Assembly: GCA_008369845.1 (NCBI GenBank)
Contig: MRSU01008697.1
Location: 1-33,478 of the forward strand
Length of the DNA: 33,478 bases
Origin: Trichomonas gallinae
Taxonomy: Eukaryota
Reading direction: 5' to 3'
The notes beneath the pieces are model-generated. The model worked only from the letters and a program-made list of their open reading frames with translations. It was not told the DNA's origin and ran no database searches. How positions within the stretch are numbered: position 1 is the first letter of the stretch; every line of letters starts with the position of its first letter. Shown one piece after another: positions 20,647 to 32,019 of the stretch. The position numbers and the translations under genes were made by a program.

Positions 20647-21189
20647 TTATTCTTTGCATCCTTCTCCGCATTGATATTTGCATATAATTTCTAATTCTCT
20701 TTCTTTCATGAATAATTGAATATTTTGAGGGTTGGATTTCTTTGTTTCTTTTTTGATTTCGGAAATTTTGCTTTTGAGTTCCTTCTTCGCAGCGGAATCA
20801 CGCTGACTTTGCTTTAATTTAATTTGATCAAATTTATCAGCGCTTTTGCTAAATAAACCTATCTTCATTCGGTTCCATGGGCCCAATTTCTTTGAATCAG
20901 ACAATCTATGAGATAATTCATTGAGTAAAACTAATTTGCATTTTGTCGGTTCTGTGAAATTCGGCTCGATTTGAATAGAATTGAGATCTAGACTACTAAT
21001 AAAATCTTTAAATTCAAGAGCTCTGGCTTGTTGAAGCTCCTGATATTTTGAATTTCTTATTTCGAGCTGTTCATCGATAATAGCTATCTTTTCCATTGTC
21101 GATAGGTACAGGCATTTCCTGATAGCTGTAATTCCTCGATCGATATCTTCGATCTCAGAGAACAATTCATTTACAGTTCGACGACTCAT
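20647..21189 (-). CDS. Hypothetical helical/coiled-coil protein (180 aa)
   Basis: Open frame from ATG 21189, K/E-rich, with TCATT-type motifs upstream. Confidence 0.65.
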   Translation of the reverse strand: MSRRTVNELFSEIEDIDRGITAIRKCLYLSTMEKIAIIDEQLEIRNSKYQELQQARALEFKDFISSLDLNSIQIEPNFTEPTKCKLVLLNELSHRLSDSKKLGPWNRMKIGLFSKSADKFDQIKLKQSQRDSAAKKELKSKISEIKKETKKSNPQNIQLFMKERELEIICKYQCGEGCKE

Positions 21190-21996
21190 GAAAAATGAAC
21201 TAAAATCAATTTGAAAATGATTCGATTGACTCAAAGATATGTTTCGTAAACATATTTAGATCATTATTGATTATTTTCCATTTTTTGAAATTTCAATAAA
21301 CATTATAAGGCTTGTTAATAATAGTATTTTAATAGTATTAGTCTTACAAATGAATATTATGACATTTTTACGATCTAATGACGATCAAAGATCAATCTCA
21401 TTAATTTGAGCGTATAAATATACCCATCAAATTATTATAGTGTTGAAATTATCCTTATATATAGCCAAAACTCTAAGGATATCTCTATTCTCTCATTAAG
21501 GTTAATCATTGTTTGATGTACAAATTAATGCTGTTTTACCATTATTAAAAATGAATGTTTAGTAAAAATATGTACTGATTTACCCAGTACAGCATTATAG
21601 TCACTTTTGTCAAATATTGATAAAGGCCGTAAATACTAATTAATGTTCATGAAGTTTTTGACAAACTATCAAAAAATGGATATCATTAACTTTCGTTTGA
21701 TATGCAATCAACAAAGTTGAAACAGATGCTATAATCATCAGATGATAGTACTATATGCAGGGAAAGTTTAACCTAGTTGATAAGTATCAAATGTTCATCA
21801 AATTCATGATAGTTTTTGAATTTCTAAATTTGATATTTTTTTGACAAAATCAAAAAGGTGACAGATTTAACAAAATTTCGTGATTTTTGTATTAATTATA
21901 TTGCAAAAAGCGAAATAAATATCATGATGAATCTAAATTTAAATTTCGAATTAAATCAAAATTTCTTGACAAAATTTTTGTCAATTAATTGTCAAA

Positions 21997-22926
21997 ATGG
22001 CACCAAATATTCCGGGCTTTAATGTAGCCTTGGTGCGTTTGGCAATGGATTTCGCCTATGCGGCATATAATGGCACTAAAGCTTTTCGTGGAGGCCAAAT
22101 GCACACTGCTTATACGAAAAATTCTGTATATCATCCGGTATATTACTTATATGAACGCGATTCAACGCTTTTTGTCGTTATTAGAGGAAGTGCCTCGAAC
22201 CACGACTGGAAAACTAACCTAGAATATTCTGAGCGTGAAGCATATCTCGGCAAATACCGTATCAACGTTCATGGTGGATACCTTCAGTCAGCACAAAACT
22301 TATACCGAAGTATCAGACCTAAACTCCTCGAATATTCAGGAAATATTATTTTCACAGGACATTCATTAGGAGCTGCTGTAGCTTCTGTTATATCAGTTAT
22401 GGCAATGACGGATCCAAAGCTCCAAGCCAAACTTGATAAAATGGGTGCTTTGTGCTTCGCATCTCCTCCTGCATTGGCATATATACCTGAGCACCTTGTT
22501 CCTAAGATCTGCGTTTTCGTGTACAAGCATGATATCGTCCCCACACTCTCAATTTCCAACGCATACAAGCTCATTGAACCATTTGCTGAAAACGGGATTC
22601 CTAAGGAAATACTCAAGATTGGCTTGGTCAGCGCTATCGAAATCTTGAAGGAAACTAACAAAGACTTCAGCCAGAATCTGTACAATGCTATCAGTGGAAA
22701 AATCGACGCTATAATCGACGACATAGTTGCATATCACAAAGATAAGTCGCGCATCAAAATCCACCATATCGTTGGAACTGTCTACGCTTTGGATAGCTAC
22801 CCCGGCCCACTTGAAGACTGCCGTGTATCAGACAGCAAGTATTCATTCCCATCTATATCAAAGACAGCTCTTGCTGACCATTATCAGTCAAAGTATGTCG
22901 AAGCTCTTAAAAGAAAGACTGATTAA
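21997..22926 (+). CDS. Class 3 lipase (alpha/beta hydrolase)
   Basis: VVIRGS..DW, VHGG, FTGHSLGAAVA nucleophile elbow, FASPP, HDIVP, C-terminal DHYQSKY. Confidence 0.95.
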   Translation: MAPNIPGFNVALVRLAMDFAYAAYNGTKAFRGGQMHTAYTKNSVYHPVYYLYERDSTLFVVIRGSASNHDWKTNLEYSEREAYLGKYRINVHGGYLQSAQNLYRSIRPKLLEYSGNIIFTGHSLGAAVASVISVMAMTDPKLQAKLDKMGALCFASPPALAYIPEHLVPKICVFVYKHDIVPTLSISNAYKLIEPFAENGIPKEILKIGLVSAIEILKETNKDFSQNLYNAISGKIDAIIDDIVAYHKDKSRIKIHHIVGTVYALDSYPGPLEDCRVSDSKYSFPSISKTALADHYQSKYVEALKRKTD

Positions 22927-23004
22927 TTCCATTTTTTCACCATCGTTTGAATCTAAACAAATTTTCATATTTTATCCTTATCAAAGTCATATATTGTTAG
23001 TTAA

Positions 23005-23370
23005 TTCAAGTATTTGACAACTTCATGATAATCCTAAAATAATCATAATAGCTGTATTGTTGTATATCGTTTTTCGCGTTGATATTTATTCCAGAGAAGA
23101 AGTTAAACAACTTTATGATGACCTTTTCTTGAAGAAATCAAAGATGCTTTATTGTATTCCTGTTTGTGTTGATATATATTCCAGGAAACACAGAGAAAGC
23201 CAGTTTGAAGGTTTCATGATGACTTTTTCTTGAAATTTTGATTAGAGCTGTTTGCCTGCATTTTCTTTTTGCCTTGTTCATCTATTAAATGAGCAGAGAG
23301 AAAGGATTTGACAAATTCATGAAACATGAATTAAAGTCATTGAATTGTCTTTGCTTTTTGCAAATATTTT
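23005..23370 (-). pseudogene. Degraded ankyrin-repeat gene (about 4 repeats)
   Basis: Minus-strand fragments HEFVKSFLSAHLID, QTALIKISRKSHHETFKL..FPGIYINT, ASLISSRKGHHKVV*LLL, SGININAKND, NNTAIM, YHEVVKYL. The DNA shows a ~90-bp direct repeat (23078 vs 23168). Confidence 0.75.
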
Positions 23371-23431
23371 GATTCAATGAAAAGATTAAAATTTATGTCA
23401 TGTATAGTATTTTACATTTCAAAATATTTCA

Positions 23432-23439
23432 AAAGTGAC
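23432..23439 (+). promoter_or_regulatory. AAAGTGAC motif (T. vaginalis 5'UTR/core-promoter motif M2)
   Basis: Exact octamer 3 nt before the ATG at 23443. Confidence 0.55.
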
Positions 23440-23442
23440 AAA

Positions 23443-23652
23443 ATGTGCAAAGATACAGATGATCCTGTAGACACAAGTAATGCTCCTAAGGCAAAAATCC
23501 CAAAAGGCCTGCCTGAACCAGGAAAGCCTCCAGTTTTGCCAAAGGAAGCTCTTGTTCCTCCGACACAAGAGGATCAGTTAAATTTCACAAAACCAACAAT
23601 CGCAAATCAAGAAAAGTTCTCGGACAAAGATTTATCATCACTTACTGATTAA
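23443..23652 (+). CDS. Small Pro-rich hypothetical protein (69 aa)
   Basis: GC-richer island, MCKDTDDPVD..PKGLPEPGKPPVLPKEALVPP; AAAGTGAC directly upstream. Confidence 0.6.
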   Translation: MCKDTDDPVDTSNAPKAKIPKGLPEPGKPPVLPKEALVPPTQEDQLNFTKPTIANQEKFSDKDLSSLTD

Positions 23653-24239
23653 CGTTTTGAAATTTCAAGTCCATAACGGACACCTTATTTTATTATATTG
23701 AACAAACTTATTCTTTCATCTCTACGGTTTATGTATATAGTGAATTCTATTCAATTACATGAAAATCCAATAGTTTTAGAGATTTAAACATTAGAGCCTT
23801 GCAAAATCGTATTTTCATTTCAACAAACTCCTTTAAATTCTCAATCGTTCTTTATGCCACTTACACAAATATAACTTTCACCACATTTCAGGTATATTCA
23901 AGGTTAAATTTAAAATTTTCAAAATTCAGTTATAATGTTGGTTTGATTTCGACTTTATCTACTATCTCATTTGGTCTTCAATTGTTATAAACTTAAATGT
24001 ATTAACAAAATTTATTTTCATTTTTCAATCTTCTGCAAAGACGTAAAATAATTTTGTATTCTTTATTGCATCGTAAAATAGATATCGGATACAAAGTACC
24101 AAGAGTTCTTCTTGATATTTTGATAAAATTTTAGAAAAATATCATCATTTATTGAACAATTTTGTTGCAAAAATGATTTTTTGTTCATAAAATGACCAAA
24201 TCTTTAATAAAACTTTCCGATAATTTGATAAATTTTTTA

Positions 24240-25859
24240 ATGAAAAATTTGAGATTTTTGTGCCAGAATTCGAATTTGTGGATCTACTACGCTTTTTGCG
24301 CATTCACTATATTAGGGCTGTACATATTTGGTCCTAAAACAGCCGAAACTCAACGAGATGGCGAATCAAATTTTCGAACTTTTGCATATGTTAATTATAG
24401 TCTTCCAACAAGTGATTGGATACCAGTAGAGTTTGCATCATTATCAAGAACAAAGGAAAATGATATAATTTACGTTAATAAAGAAAAAGATTCAATAAAT
24501 ATTTATTCTTATTCTCCTGATGCTCAAAATTATCGTCTAACTTACAGCAACAAATTCCTTAGTCATAAAATTGCACAAATTTACGCATTCGATTTTTATC
24601 AAACAGGATATAATGATCTTATTATCACATATTCAGACTCAGGTAATTCTCCATACCAAGTAGCCATACTGAAAAACGAAAATGGAGTTATTTCCGAGAA
24701 ACTTGAAAAATTACCAATCGAAACAACAAATATTCCATTCCCATTTAACGGTAATAATACTACCCCACAATTATTATTTACTCCTCCTTATTCTATTCAC
24801 ACAAAATCGATAACAAATTATTTGAAGATAACAGAAACACAATATAAGCAATATGAATATATCGGATCTGCAAGATTATTCAATGAAAATCCAAACTTTA
24901 TCTCAATAGTTGCTAAATCTAATTCAAAATTCATAGAAATAACAGATTCAAATTTTAAAGTTATAAATTCATTTGAAATTCCAGCAGACTCTTCAGAATT
25001 TACAATTGCTGACTTCAACAGAAACGGCGATGTCGATATATTAGTCACAGTAACTCCAGAAAAAGGAAATCCATATTTAATTATTTATTTTGGTAATGAT
25101 GGAAAGTTTACCAGCGATGGATCAAAGATAACAACACCAAAACTATCAAAATCACAAACAGTTTCAGTCAGTGATGTAGATTTAGACGGAAGACCAGACA
25201 TAATATTTTCGAACGAATTCGGTACTACTGTTTTGCTCAACCAATTCTGCAAAGGCTGCCAGGGAGGCGAACTCTTCTTCAGCGAGATACTCACTGTCCC
25301 AGGCTACGGTGGCTTGTTCAACAGCGGAGAAAAAGGCTCATATGACATCGTTACAGAAAAAGGCTACTTTTTGTCGAATCTGACAAACGACGAAATGTTT
25401 TTGTCAATAACTCCACTGAACGACGTCTGCCTCGAGAACTGCAAAGGTGCCAAGCATCCTAACCTGCAGGCTATCTCAACGGCATCGTATGGATCAGTGA
25501 CAAAAGCTGTTTACACAGACAAAAACGGACAAAGACATAAAGCAATTGGAATTTCTAAGGCAACTCTTGGCTTATTATCACCGCAGACGATTTTTGGGTT
25601 TGGTGAGAATCTTCATTACATACAAGAAGTGAGCGTGAACTACAAGACTAATTTAACATGGGTGCTGCCAAATTCTTTCGTTTATACAACAGAAAAGAAA
25701 CAATACAAGATTGTTATTGGATTCCAGACCAAGTCTTACCCAGTGATCTGCAGCTGCACTGCGCTTCTCTTAATTCTTGGGTTCTTCGTAGTTTATTACA
25801 CAGAACTGGAGCGAGAAGAAGACAGACAAGAAGCAGAGAAAATGTTACCTATGTTTTGA
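24240..25859 (+). CDS. ITFG1: T-cell immunomodulatory protein (TIP/ITFG1/LINKIN)-like FG-GAP membrane protein
   Basis: FG-GAP-like repeats DFYQTGYNDL, ADFNRNGDVDIL, SDVDLDGRPDI; PQTIFGFG..YI; VLPNS; C-terminal TM then EREEDRQEA. Start could be 24192 or 24240. Confidence 0.8.
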   Translation: MKNLRFLCQNSNLWIYYAFCAFTILGLYIFGPKTAETQRDGESNFRTFAYVNYSLPTSDWIPVEFASLSRTKENDIIYVNKEKDSINIYSYSPDAQNYRLTYSNKFLSHKIAQIYAFDFYQTGYNDLIITYSDSGNSPYQVAILKNENGVISEKLEKLPIETTNIPFPFNGNNTTPQLLFTPPYSIHTKSITNYLKITETQYKQYEYIGSARLFNENPNFISIVAKSNSKFIEITDSNFKVINSFEIPADSSEFTIADFNRNGDVDILVTVTPEKGNPYLIIYFGNDGKFTSDGSKITTPKLSKSQTVSVSDVDLDGRPDIIFSNEFGTTVLLNQFCKGCQGGELFFSEILTVPGYGGLFNSGEKGSYDIVTEKGYFLSNLTNDEMFLSITPLNDVCLENCKGAKHPNLQAISTASYGSVTKAVYTDKNGQRHKAIGISKATLGLLSPQTIFGFGENLHYIQEVSVNYKTNLTWVLPNSFVYTTEKKQYKIVIGFQTKSYPVICSCTALLLILGFFVVYYTELEREEDRQEAEKMLPMF

Positions 25860-26316
25860 TCTGTAATACTTATATATATTATTACACAAAAGCATTCAAC
25901 CTTTTCACTTTCAGCCAAATTCAAAAAGTACAGAAGAATAATACAACCATTATTAACGCATTATTGAATATTCAAGATGATCTTTTACCAAATTCATTTG
26001 AGCAGAACGCTTCGATTATATAATATAATATATTACAGTCTTGTTTTTTTTTGGTCATTTCATCACTAGCAATGATTGAAATATATTCATCCAATCAATA
26101 AATGTATTGCTACAAATCATGATGAAAACGAAACGAGAGACGAAAAAATATGAAAATATCATCATTATTGATCATGATTATTACTCGCTGATTGGTATTT
26201 GTTATTTAATAAAATAGTTTTAATTCTCGAGAAATAATTGGATTAAAAAAGTCATTCTATTTATAAATAAAATATAAAAAAATAATATATCTAAAAACTA
26301 TATAATATATCATAAA

Positions 26317-27747
26317 TTAGGCACCCCACAGCTTGATCTTCTTATCCTTTCCTCCTGATGCAGCTCTTCCTCCAGCTGGGCTCCAGTCGACGGCGTAAAC
26401 AGCATCTTCGTGTCCGGGCAAATCGTTCTTCATCTTTTGTCTGGCAACGTCCCAGACTTTAAGCGTCGTGTCTTCACTTGCTGATATAAGCAATCTTGAG
26501 TCAGCACTCCACACAAGTCTGTAGACATCCTTGAGGTGCTGGCCAGACGATTTTCCTCTTCCTTTACCGAGTCTGCAGATGAACTTTCCTGTCTTGCCGT
26601 CGAACAACAAAACTGCCTTGTCCTTGCCAGCAGAAGCGAGCCAGTATCCATTTGGTGAGAATAAGACATGGTTGACGAGGTTCTGGTGGCCTGTGAGAAG
26701 CATCGGCTCCGAGAACTTGTTGTTTGCGAACTTGTACATGAAAATTCTGCCCATTGAATCTCCAACAGCAACATTTTCACGCGGGCAGGTTCTTAGGAAG
26801 TTCTTGTAGCGTTTTTCGGCAGCGACCTTCATATCCTCATCGACAAGCTTGCCGAATTCCCATCCACCTGTTCTTAAAACGTATGCTGATGAAATAGATA
26901 ATGATCGAAGTTCTCCCGCCTTGTCGTTGCGAGCATCGAGCTGTGCACCAGTGTTGCTGTCGAAGGCCTTGAGCGTGTGATCGTTTGATGAGCTGAAAAT
27001 GACGCCCTGGCCGTTCCATCCTAAGCCCATAACTAATTGTTTTGGAGAATGGCCGTTAAATGCTACCAAACGCTGGCCTGTGCCACTGCAGTAGACAGCG
27101 ACTTCGCCATTAGATGTGGCAACGCAAATTCTTGGATGTGGAGAGTTATTTAACATCATTGGCTCCCATTCCAAAGCTGTGACATTAAAGTTCGTAACTT
27201 TGAATGACTTAGTGACCTTGAACGTGTCGTCTTCTTGTTTCTTCAAAATGATGACCTTTCCTTCTGTTCCTGCAACAGCGACTGTTTTACAGTCCGAATA
27301 CCATGTAATGCATTGGATCCAGAATTTTGGCGAAACTTCGATCTTTTGCTTCATGTTTTGCGTCGAAACGTCCCAAAAAATAACTGATCCGTCTCCGCCT
27401 CCAGTTGCGAGCTCCAAACCATCAGCAGAATAAGCAATGCAGAGAATGATGTGTGTGTGTCCAGGTAATGTTGCTGAGCAGAAGCTTACAGAGCGAATTG
27501 CATATAAACTTTCTGGTCTGTAAACGATTTGGAGGACTTTTTCTGTCGAAGGTTTGTTTAACAGCTTGTCGAGGCTACCAATGACAATCTCGTCGTTAAC
27601 ATAGAAGGTATATGGCATTTCTTCTTCGTTTTTCAGTATTTGATTGACCAAATCGTTCATATTTTTCGGTGTCGTTGTAGCAGGGAGAGATATTTGCTCT
27701 CCTGTTGCTACACCGTTGGAATCCACGAACTCACAGATGTATTCCAT
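26317..27747 (-). CDS. NLE1: Notchless/Rsa4 (NLE domain + WD40), 60S ribosome assembly factor
   Basis: N-terminal NLE/UBL domain (LVNQIL..PYTFYV, STEKVLQIVYRPE), TGHQNLVNHVLFSPNG, WSADSRLLISASEDTTLKVW, DLPGHEDAVYAVDWSP. Confidence 0.93.
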   Translation of the reverse strand: MEYICEFVDSNGVATGEQISLPATTTPKNMNDLVNQILKNEEEMPYTFYVNDEIVIGSLDKLLNKPSTEKVLQIVYRPESLYAIRSVSFCSATLPGHTHIILCIAYSADGLELATGGGDGSVIFWDVSTQNMKQKIEVSPKFWIQCITWYSDCKTVAVAGTEGKVIILKKQEDDTFKVTKSFKVTNFNVTALEWEPMMLNNSPHPRICVATSNGEVAVYCSGTGQRLVAFNGHSPKQLVMGLGWNGQGVIFSSSNDHTLKAFDSNTGAQLDARNDKAGELRSLSISSAYVLRTGGWEFGKLVDEDMKVAAEKRYKNFLRTCPRENVAVGDSMGRIFMYKFANNKFSEPMLLTGHQNLVNHVLFSPNGYWLASAGKDKAVLLFDGKTGKFICRLGKGRGKSSGQHLKDVYRLVWSADSRLLISASEDTTLKVWDVARQKMKNDLPGHEDAVYAVDWSPAGGRAASGGKDKKIKLWGA

Positions 27748-28453
27748 CTTTTTTTAGCTAAAATTCGAGATTTTTGATTTTCTGATATTTACAACTAGAG
27801 ACATCATTTTTTATTTTCGCTTTTTACTGCGTTTTCTGTATTATATAGACTATATAGATCATATTTATTAAAGAAAACATACATGTTACCGTTGAAGATT
27901 TCGATTTTTCGAAAAATATTTCACAAATAAGAAATTTAATAAAGTTTTCTAACAATTCAACGATTTTTATGAGTGTTTGCATGATTTTTCTATTTTGATA
28001 ATTTGATTTTTCCAAATTATTTTCATAATAACACTTGTAAGTATTTGATTCGTCATTTTAGAAATTTCTATATAGGTTTACACGATTTTTAGATTGAGAA
28101 TTTGATTTATCAAAATTGATTTCAATATATCATATGTCAATGATTTTTATATTAGCTATGATGTTTTTACCTCAATTAGTTTGATTTGTATTATTGCAAG
28201 TTTAATGCTTCCAATATGAGTTTTGTTCAATTAACTTATCTTATGATTTGTGAAGAATGCGAAGTTAAGTTATAGAATTTATAAACATTAATGCTGATTA
28301 AAACTAGATTTATCGAAAGAAAATAATTTTTATCAGTGCTAAAAATATATATTAAATATTTTTCTTATTTTGTCTGATTACACACATATGCTTTCTAGGA
28401 TAACAATTTGATGCATGGAAAAGTTTGATCTATAAAGAATGGAAAAATGAATT

Positions 28454-30487
28454 TCATTTTTGTTTTATGAGCTCATTCAGTCTCTGCATAATCTGCTTGT
28501 ATGATGGATCGTTTGGCTTGACTCCCTTTGCAGCAAGGAATATCTTGAATTCTTCTGTATTTGGCTTCTTTGCGATCTGAATGTACATGTCTGGCATTGT
28601 TACTGGGTCGAAGATCATCATTCTGAGGCCAAGTCTCACTTTTCCGAACTGATCAAAAATAAATTTCTCTTTACTTGATCCACGTGGAACATTGACCAAG
28701 CCGACAATTGTCTTTTCGATCTTATCAGTTGCAGATGTAAGTCTCTCGTTCGCATATCCGACAAATGTGCGTCCAAACGAAATTGAATAATAATTATTGA
28801 TGAAAATAATGATAAACTGATCTCTGAAGCTAGAGAACGACTCATCTGTCATGTATTTCTTAAATGCTGGTATGCTTTGGTTGAGTCCCATGATTATTTG
28901 TTCTGCAATTTGACATTGAGCGTCTGGGCACGTCATCCAGTTTCCGCTTTGTATGCTTTGGAATCCAGATGAGCAGTAGTCACTGCAAATCATATCGCAA
29001 AGCTCACGAATTAATCTTCCAATATTATCTCCAAGTCTGTCAGCGATATCATCAATTCTGACGCCTTGTGCCAAATCTCCTGTAATTTGTGACTGTATTC
29101 TCTTAACTAAGCCGCTGAGAATCGATCTGAAATATTGCATCGTATTCACTGTTGTACACCAGAGCTCCAAATCTTTATTTCTCACTGTCTGCGGCTTGAG
29201 TTTGAAGATGGAATCAGCGTAGTCAATGATTGGATCACGCAAAACAAAGAATAATTGGTATAAAACCATACTATTGTTAAAACCGGTGCATTTTTGAATG
29301 ATATTGTTCATATACTGGACGAGGTTGATTGAAGCCATGAATATCTTGTTCTCTGAGTCGATTTTACGCTGCTGGGCCGCTTTAATAACATAGGATTTAA
29401 GATTAGCTCTAACACTGTCTAAATAGAGCTCTGTGTTGCTGGAAAACGCGCCACCGATGAGTCCAATGAATAAAGATTCCGGTTTCCACTCAGTTTCTCC
29501 TTTTTCATTAATAATATTTGATCCAAAAGATTCAGCGAGAACCCTTTCAAATGCAGCTGTTTGCTCGAAGCCGAGAGAGAAGTCGCCTTGATTGATCTGT
29601 TTGCCGCTCAAAATGTTTTGAATGTGTGATTTTGTTATTGCGCAGAAACTAATCGAGATATGATAGGGCATGCGCCATTTTTGAGGGAATATCTTTGAGT
29701 AGCTGTCTTTGAATTTCTCCATGGCTTGTTTCAGCCAGTTATAGCGTTGTTCTGTTTGTTTTAATGGAGTATTTTTGAATTCTTTAACGTATGGCTCAAG
29801 GAATTTGTTGCAGAACAGAGTAATCGTCTTGTTCTTGTATTCATCACCGAGAGCTTCGATAACCAAGCAAGCTGGAGCAACAGAAGAATCGACAATTGGA
29901 GAAAACAGTTTTTGGTCAAGATCTGTTTTAACCATTTGTTCAACCTTATTTTTGAGAGCATCAAACCTAGTTTTGATGTCATCAAGTAAAGAATTTGAAT
30001 CGAAATTTTTGAAATATTCGAGAAGAGTCGTTAAAGCGAGGATTCTGTCAGCACATTCAGCATAATTTCCCTGCGAAACCATGAATTCGAGATCTTTCAC
30101 TGCGAATGAAGCCATTTGCAATCTTTTTAGGCAAGTAATCGATTCTGTAAGATTTGATTTAGCATTATCGTATGACTTGATCGAACCACACATATCTACA
30201 ACTGTTTTTTGAGTGTGATTTGCTTTTTCGTTGAGTTCGTTAATTACGTCGACAATTTCATCGATTGAAGTACTTGTTTCTTCTATAACCTTCTGTGATT
30301 TTGTTGATAATGATGAATATGCACGAACTGACTCTTTTACGTCAGAATCAAAATTTTCGATTTCATTTTCAACTTTTTGGAGGACATTCGATATATTTCC
30401 GACGGACTCTTCAGTCGGGAACAAATTATTGAGAAACTGTATCACATCAAAATCGTCCGCTAAAAGTTGAGAATCAAAGTTATTCAT
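28454..30487 (-). CDS. VPS53: Vps53-like protein (GARP/EARP tethering complex)
   Basis: DFDVIQFLNNLFPTEES, IKSYDNAKSNLTESITCLKRLQM, RYNWLK, IFPQKWRM..FC..TK match the Vps53_N pattern. Confidence 0.92.
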   Translation of the reverse strand: MNNFDSQLLADDFDVIQFLNNLFPTEESVGNISNVLQKVENEIENFDSDVKESVRAYSSLSTKSQKVIEETSTSIDEIVDVINELNEKANHTQKTVVDMCGSIKSYDNAKSNLTESITCLKRLQMASFAVKDLEFMVSQGNYAECADRILALTTLLEYFKNFDSNSLLDDIKTRFDALKNKVEQMVKTDLDQKLFSPIVDSSVAPACLVIEALGDEYKNKTITLFCNKFLEPYVKEFKNTPLKQTEQRYNWLKQAMEKFKDSYSKIFPQKWRMPYHISISFCAITKSHIQNILSGKQINQGDFSLGFEQTAAFERVLAESFGSNIINEKGETEWKPESLFIGLIGGAFSSNTELYLDSVRANLKSYVIKAAQQRKIDSENKIFMASINLVQYMNNIIQKCTGFNNSMVLYQLFFVLRDPIIDYADSIFKLKPQTVRNKDLELWCTTVNTMQYFRSILSGLVKRIQSQITGDLAQGVRIDDIADRLGDNIGRLIRELCDMICSDYCSSGFQSIQSGNWMTCPDAQCQIAEQIIMGLNQSIPAFKKYMTDESFSSFRDQFIIIFINNYYSISFGRTFVGYANERLTSATDKIEKTIVGLVNVPRGSSKEKFIFDQFGKVRLGLRMMIFDPVTMPDMYIQIAKKPNTEEFKIFLAAKGVKPNDPSYKQIMQRLNELIKQK

Positions 30488-30827
30488 TTTTGATATTTAA
30501 TTTTTTATCATTATTGAATATTTATATCCTATATGACCTATATTTCATTTTTTGGTCATCAAAACTGTCAAAAACACATTACTTCATGCATTTTCCATTT
30601 AAATTTTCATTTTTTATGCGACAAGACAAAAACTAACCATTTATATCAATATATTTCCTCTAAAATTATCTATTCGCAAATTTTTAAGCTCAAAACACAA
30701 ACTTTTTAATTTTCAATTTTATATTTTTTTGTATTTGTAGATTATTTTGTTTGAATTTGGTTTTGTTGGAGCAATATATAACATGGATATATTTAAAACA
30801 AACAATATAAAACAAAAAAATAAAATT

Positions 30828-31796
30828 TCATAAAATAGGAGCTACAGGTCTTGCTTTCTTAGTATGCCTTTCAACATAATCATCAATGTAAGAATCCCAA
30901 TACTCATCATCGCTTAACTTGTCTGGATGTTCTTTAACGTATTGCATCGATGCATCAAGTTGCAAATAATCTGAAAGTTCCATAGTATTCTTTTCTGCCA
31001 GCTTCGCAGGTGTTTCGCCCCATATGTTTGATCTCGTTCTTACCCTTGGCTGCGGAGTTGCTGGAAGTTTTTCGAATTTTGTTCTTTTCTTTATAATTAT
31101 CTCATCTTCTTCCCATTTTATTGGTTCTAATATGTATCCCTTTCCCTTCATCTTGATTTCGTCTATGACGTTCATGATGGAAAAGGCGGAATCGCCAACT
31201 TTTGGCAACCTTGGGATGAGAATCGGTTTGACCTTTTCCGGCTTGTAGATAACAGAGTTTCGCCTCACTGGTGGTGACAAACGTATGTTTTCTGCGATAG
31301 ACGGCGAAACAGATATTTTAGACATACTTGAGTATCGAGATATCTTCATTTCTTGGATTGTTCTCTCAATAATTAGCTTAGGGAATGGCGTTTCACGCGG
31401 TTGTAAAAGGCAATAGTTATGATTAATCATCGATTCAACAGAATGTGAATAATCACGAACAATATCACGGCAGTTTGCAATAGATTCTGTTCTTAATGAT
31501 ATTCTATAGGGAGCCTTTGGCATCTTCTTTTGTCTTTTAGTATTTTTTGGATTATCATTCCAAAAATTTGTCAAATCGATTGCATCATTCATCATAATCG
31601 CCGTAAAATTAGCTGGGCTTTCTCCAAATTTCTGATGGCATTCTATAATTTTCGAATTTTTTTCTGCATTAATTTTATAATTCTTAGAATTCGCATCTAG
31701 CGACTGCGCTTTCCTCGATTTCGATTCAGTTTTCGATTTGCGTTTCGCATTTTTGCTGGAATACGAGTTATTGCTGCTTCTTCGCCCGGATTTCAT
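30828..31796 (-). CDS. Hypothetical basic protein (322 aa)
   Basis: Uninterrupted ORF, K/R/S-rich N-terminus, no recognised domain. Confidence 0.75.
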   Translation of the reverse strand: MKSGRRSSNNSYSSKNAKRKSKTESKSRKAQSLDANSKNYKINAEKNSKIIECHQKFGESPANFTAIMMNDAIDLTNFWNDNPKNTKRQKKMPKAPYRISLRTESIANCRDIVRDYSHSVESMINHNYCLLQPRETPFPKLIIERTIQEMKISRYSSMSKISVSPSIAENIRLSPPVRRNSVIYKPEKVKPILIPRLPKVGDSAFSIMNVIDEIKMKGKGYILEPIKWEEDEIIIKKRTKFEKLPATPQPRVRTRSNIWGETPAKLAEKNTMELSDYLQLDASMQYVKEHPDKLSDDEYWDSYIDDYVERHTKKARPVAPIL

Positions 31797-32019
31797 TATT
31801 TATGACTGATATTATTTAATCGTTGCGCATTCTCAATTTATACGTAATCCATATATCATGGAAATATATTATTTATGCTAAAAATCGGCAAATTATATTT
31901 ACACTTTAAAAAATGACACGAATCGTCTTTACGCAAAAGTGACAATGTCGTTAAATAACCAAAAGTGACAAATATTCGTTATTGTTAAAAGAGATATTAT
32001 TAAGCAGAAAAGTGTCATT

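Noticed and set aside
1563..31248. Many short ORFs antisense to or overlapping the long genes (e.g. 2478-2858, 17578-18039, 20011-20487, 22284-22724, 25658-26023)
   Set aside because: They are shadows of real coding sequence, often with non-ATG starts and no motifs.
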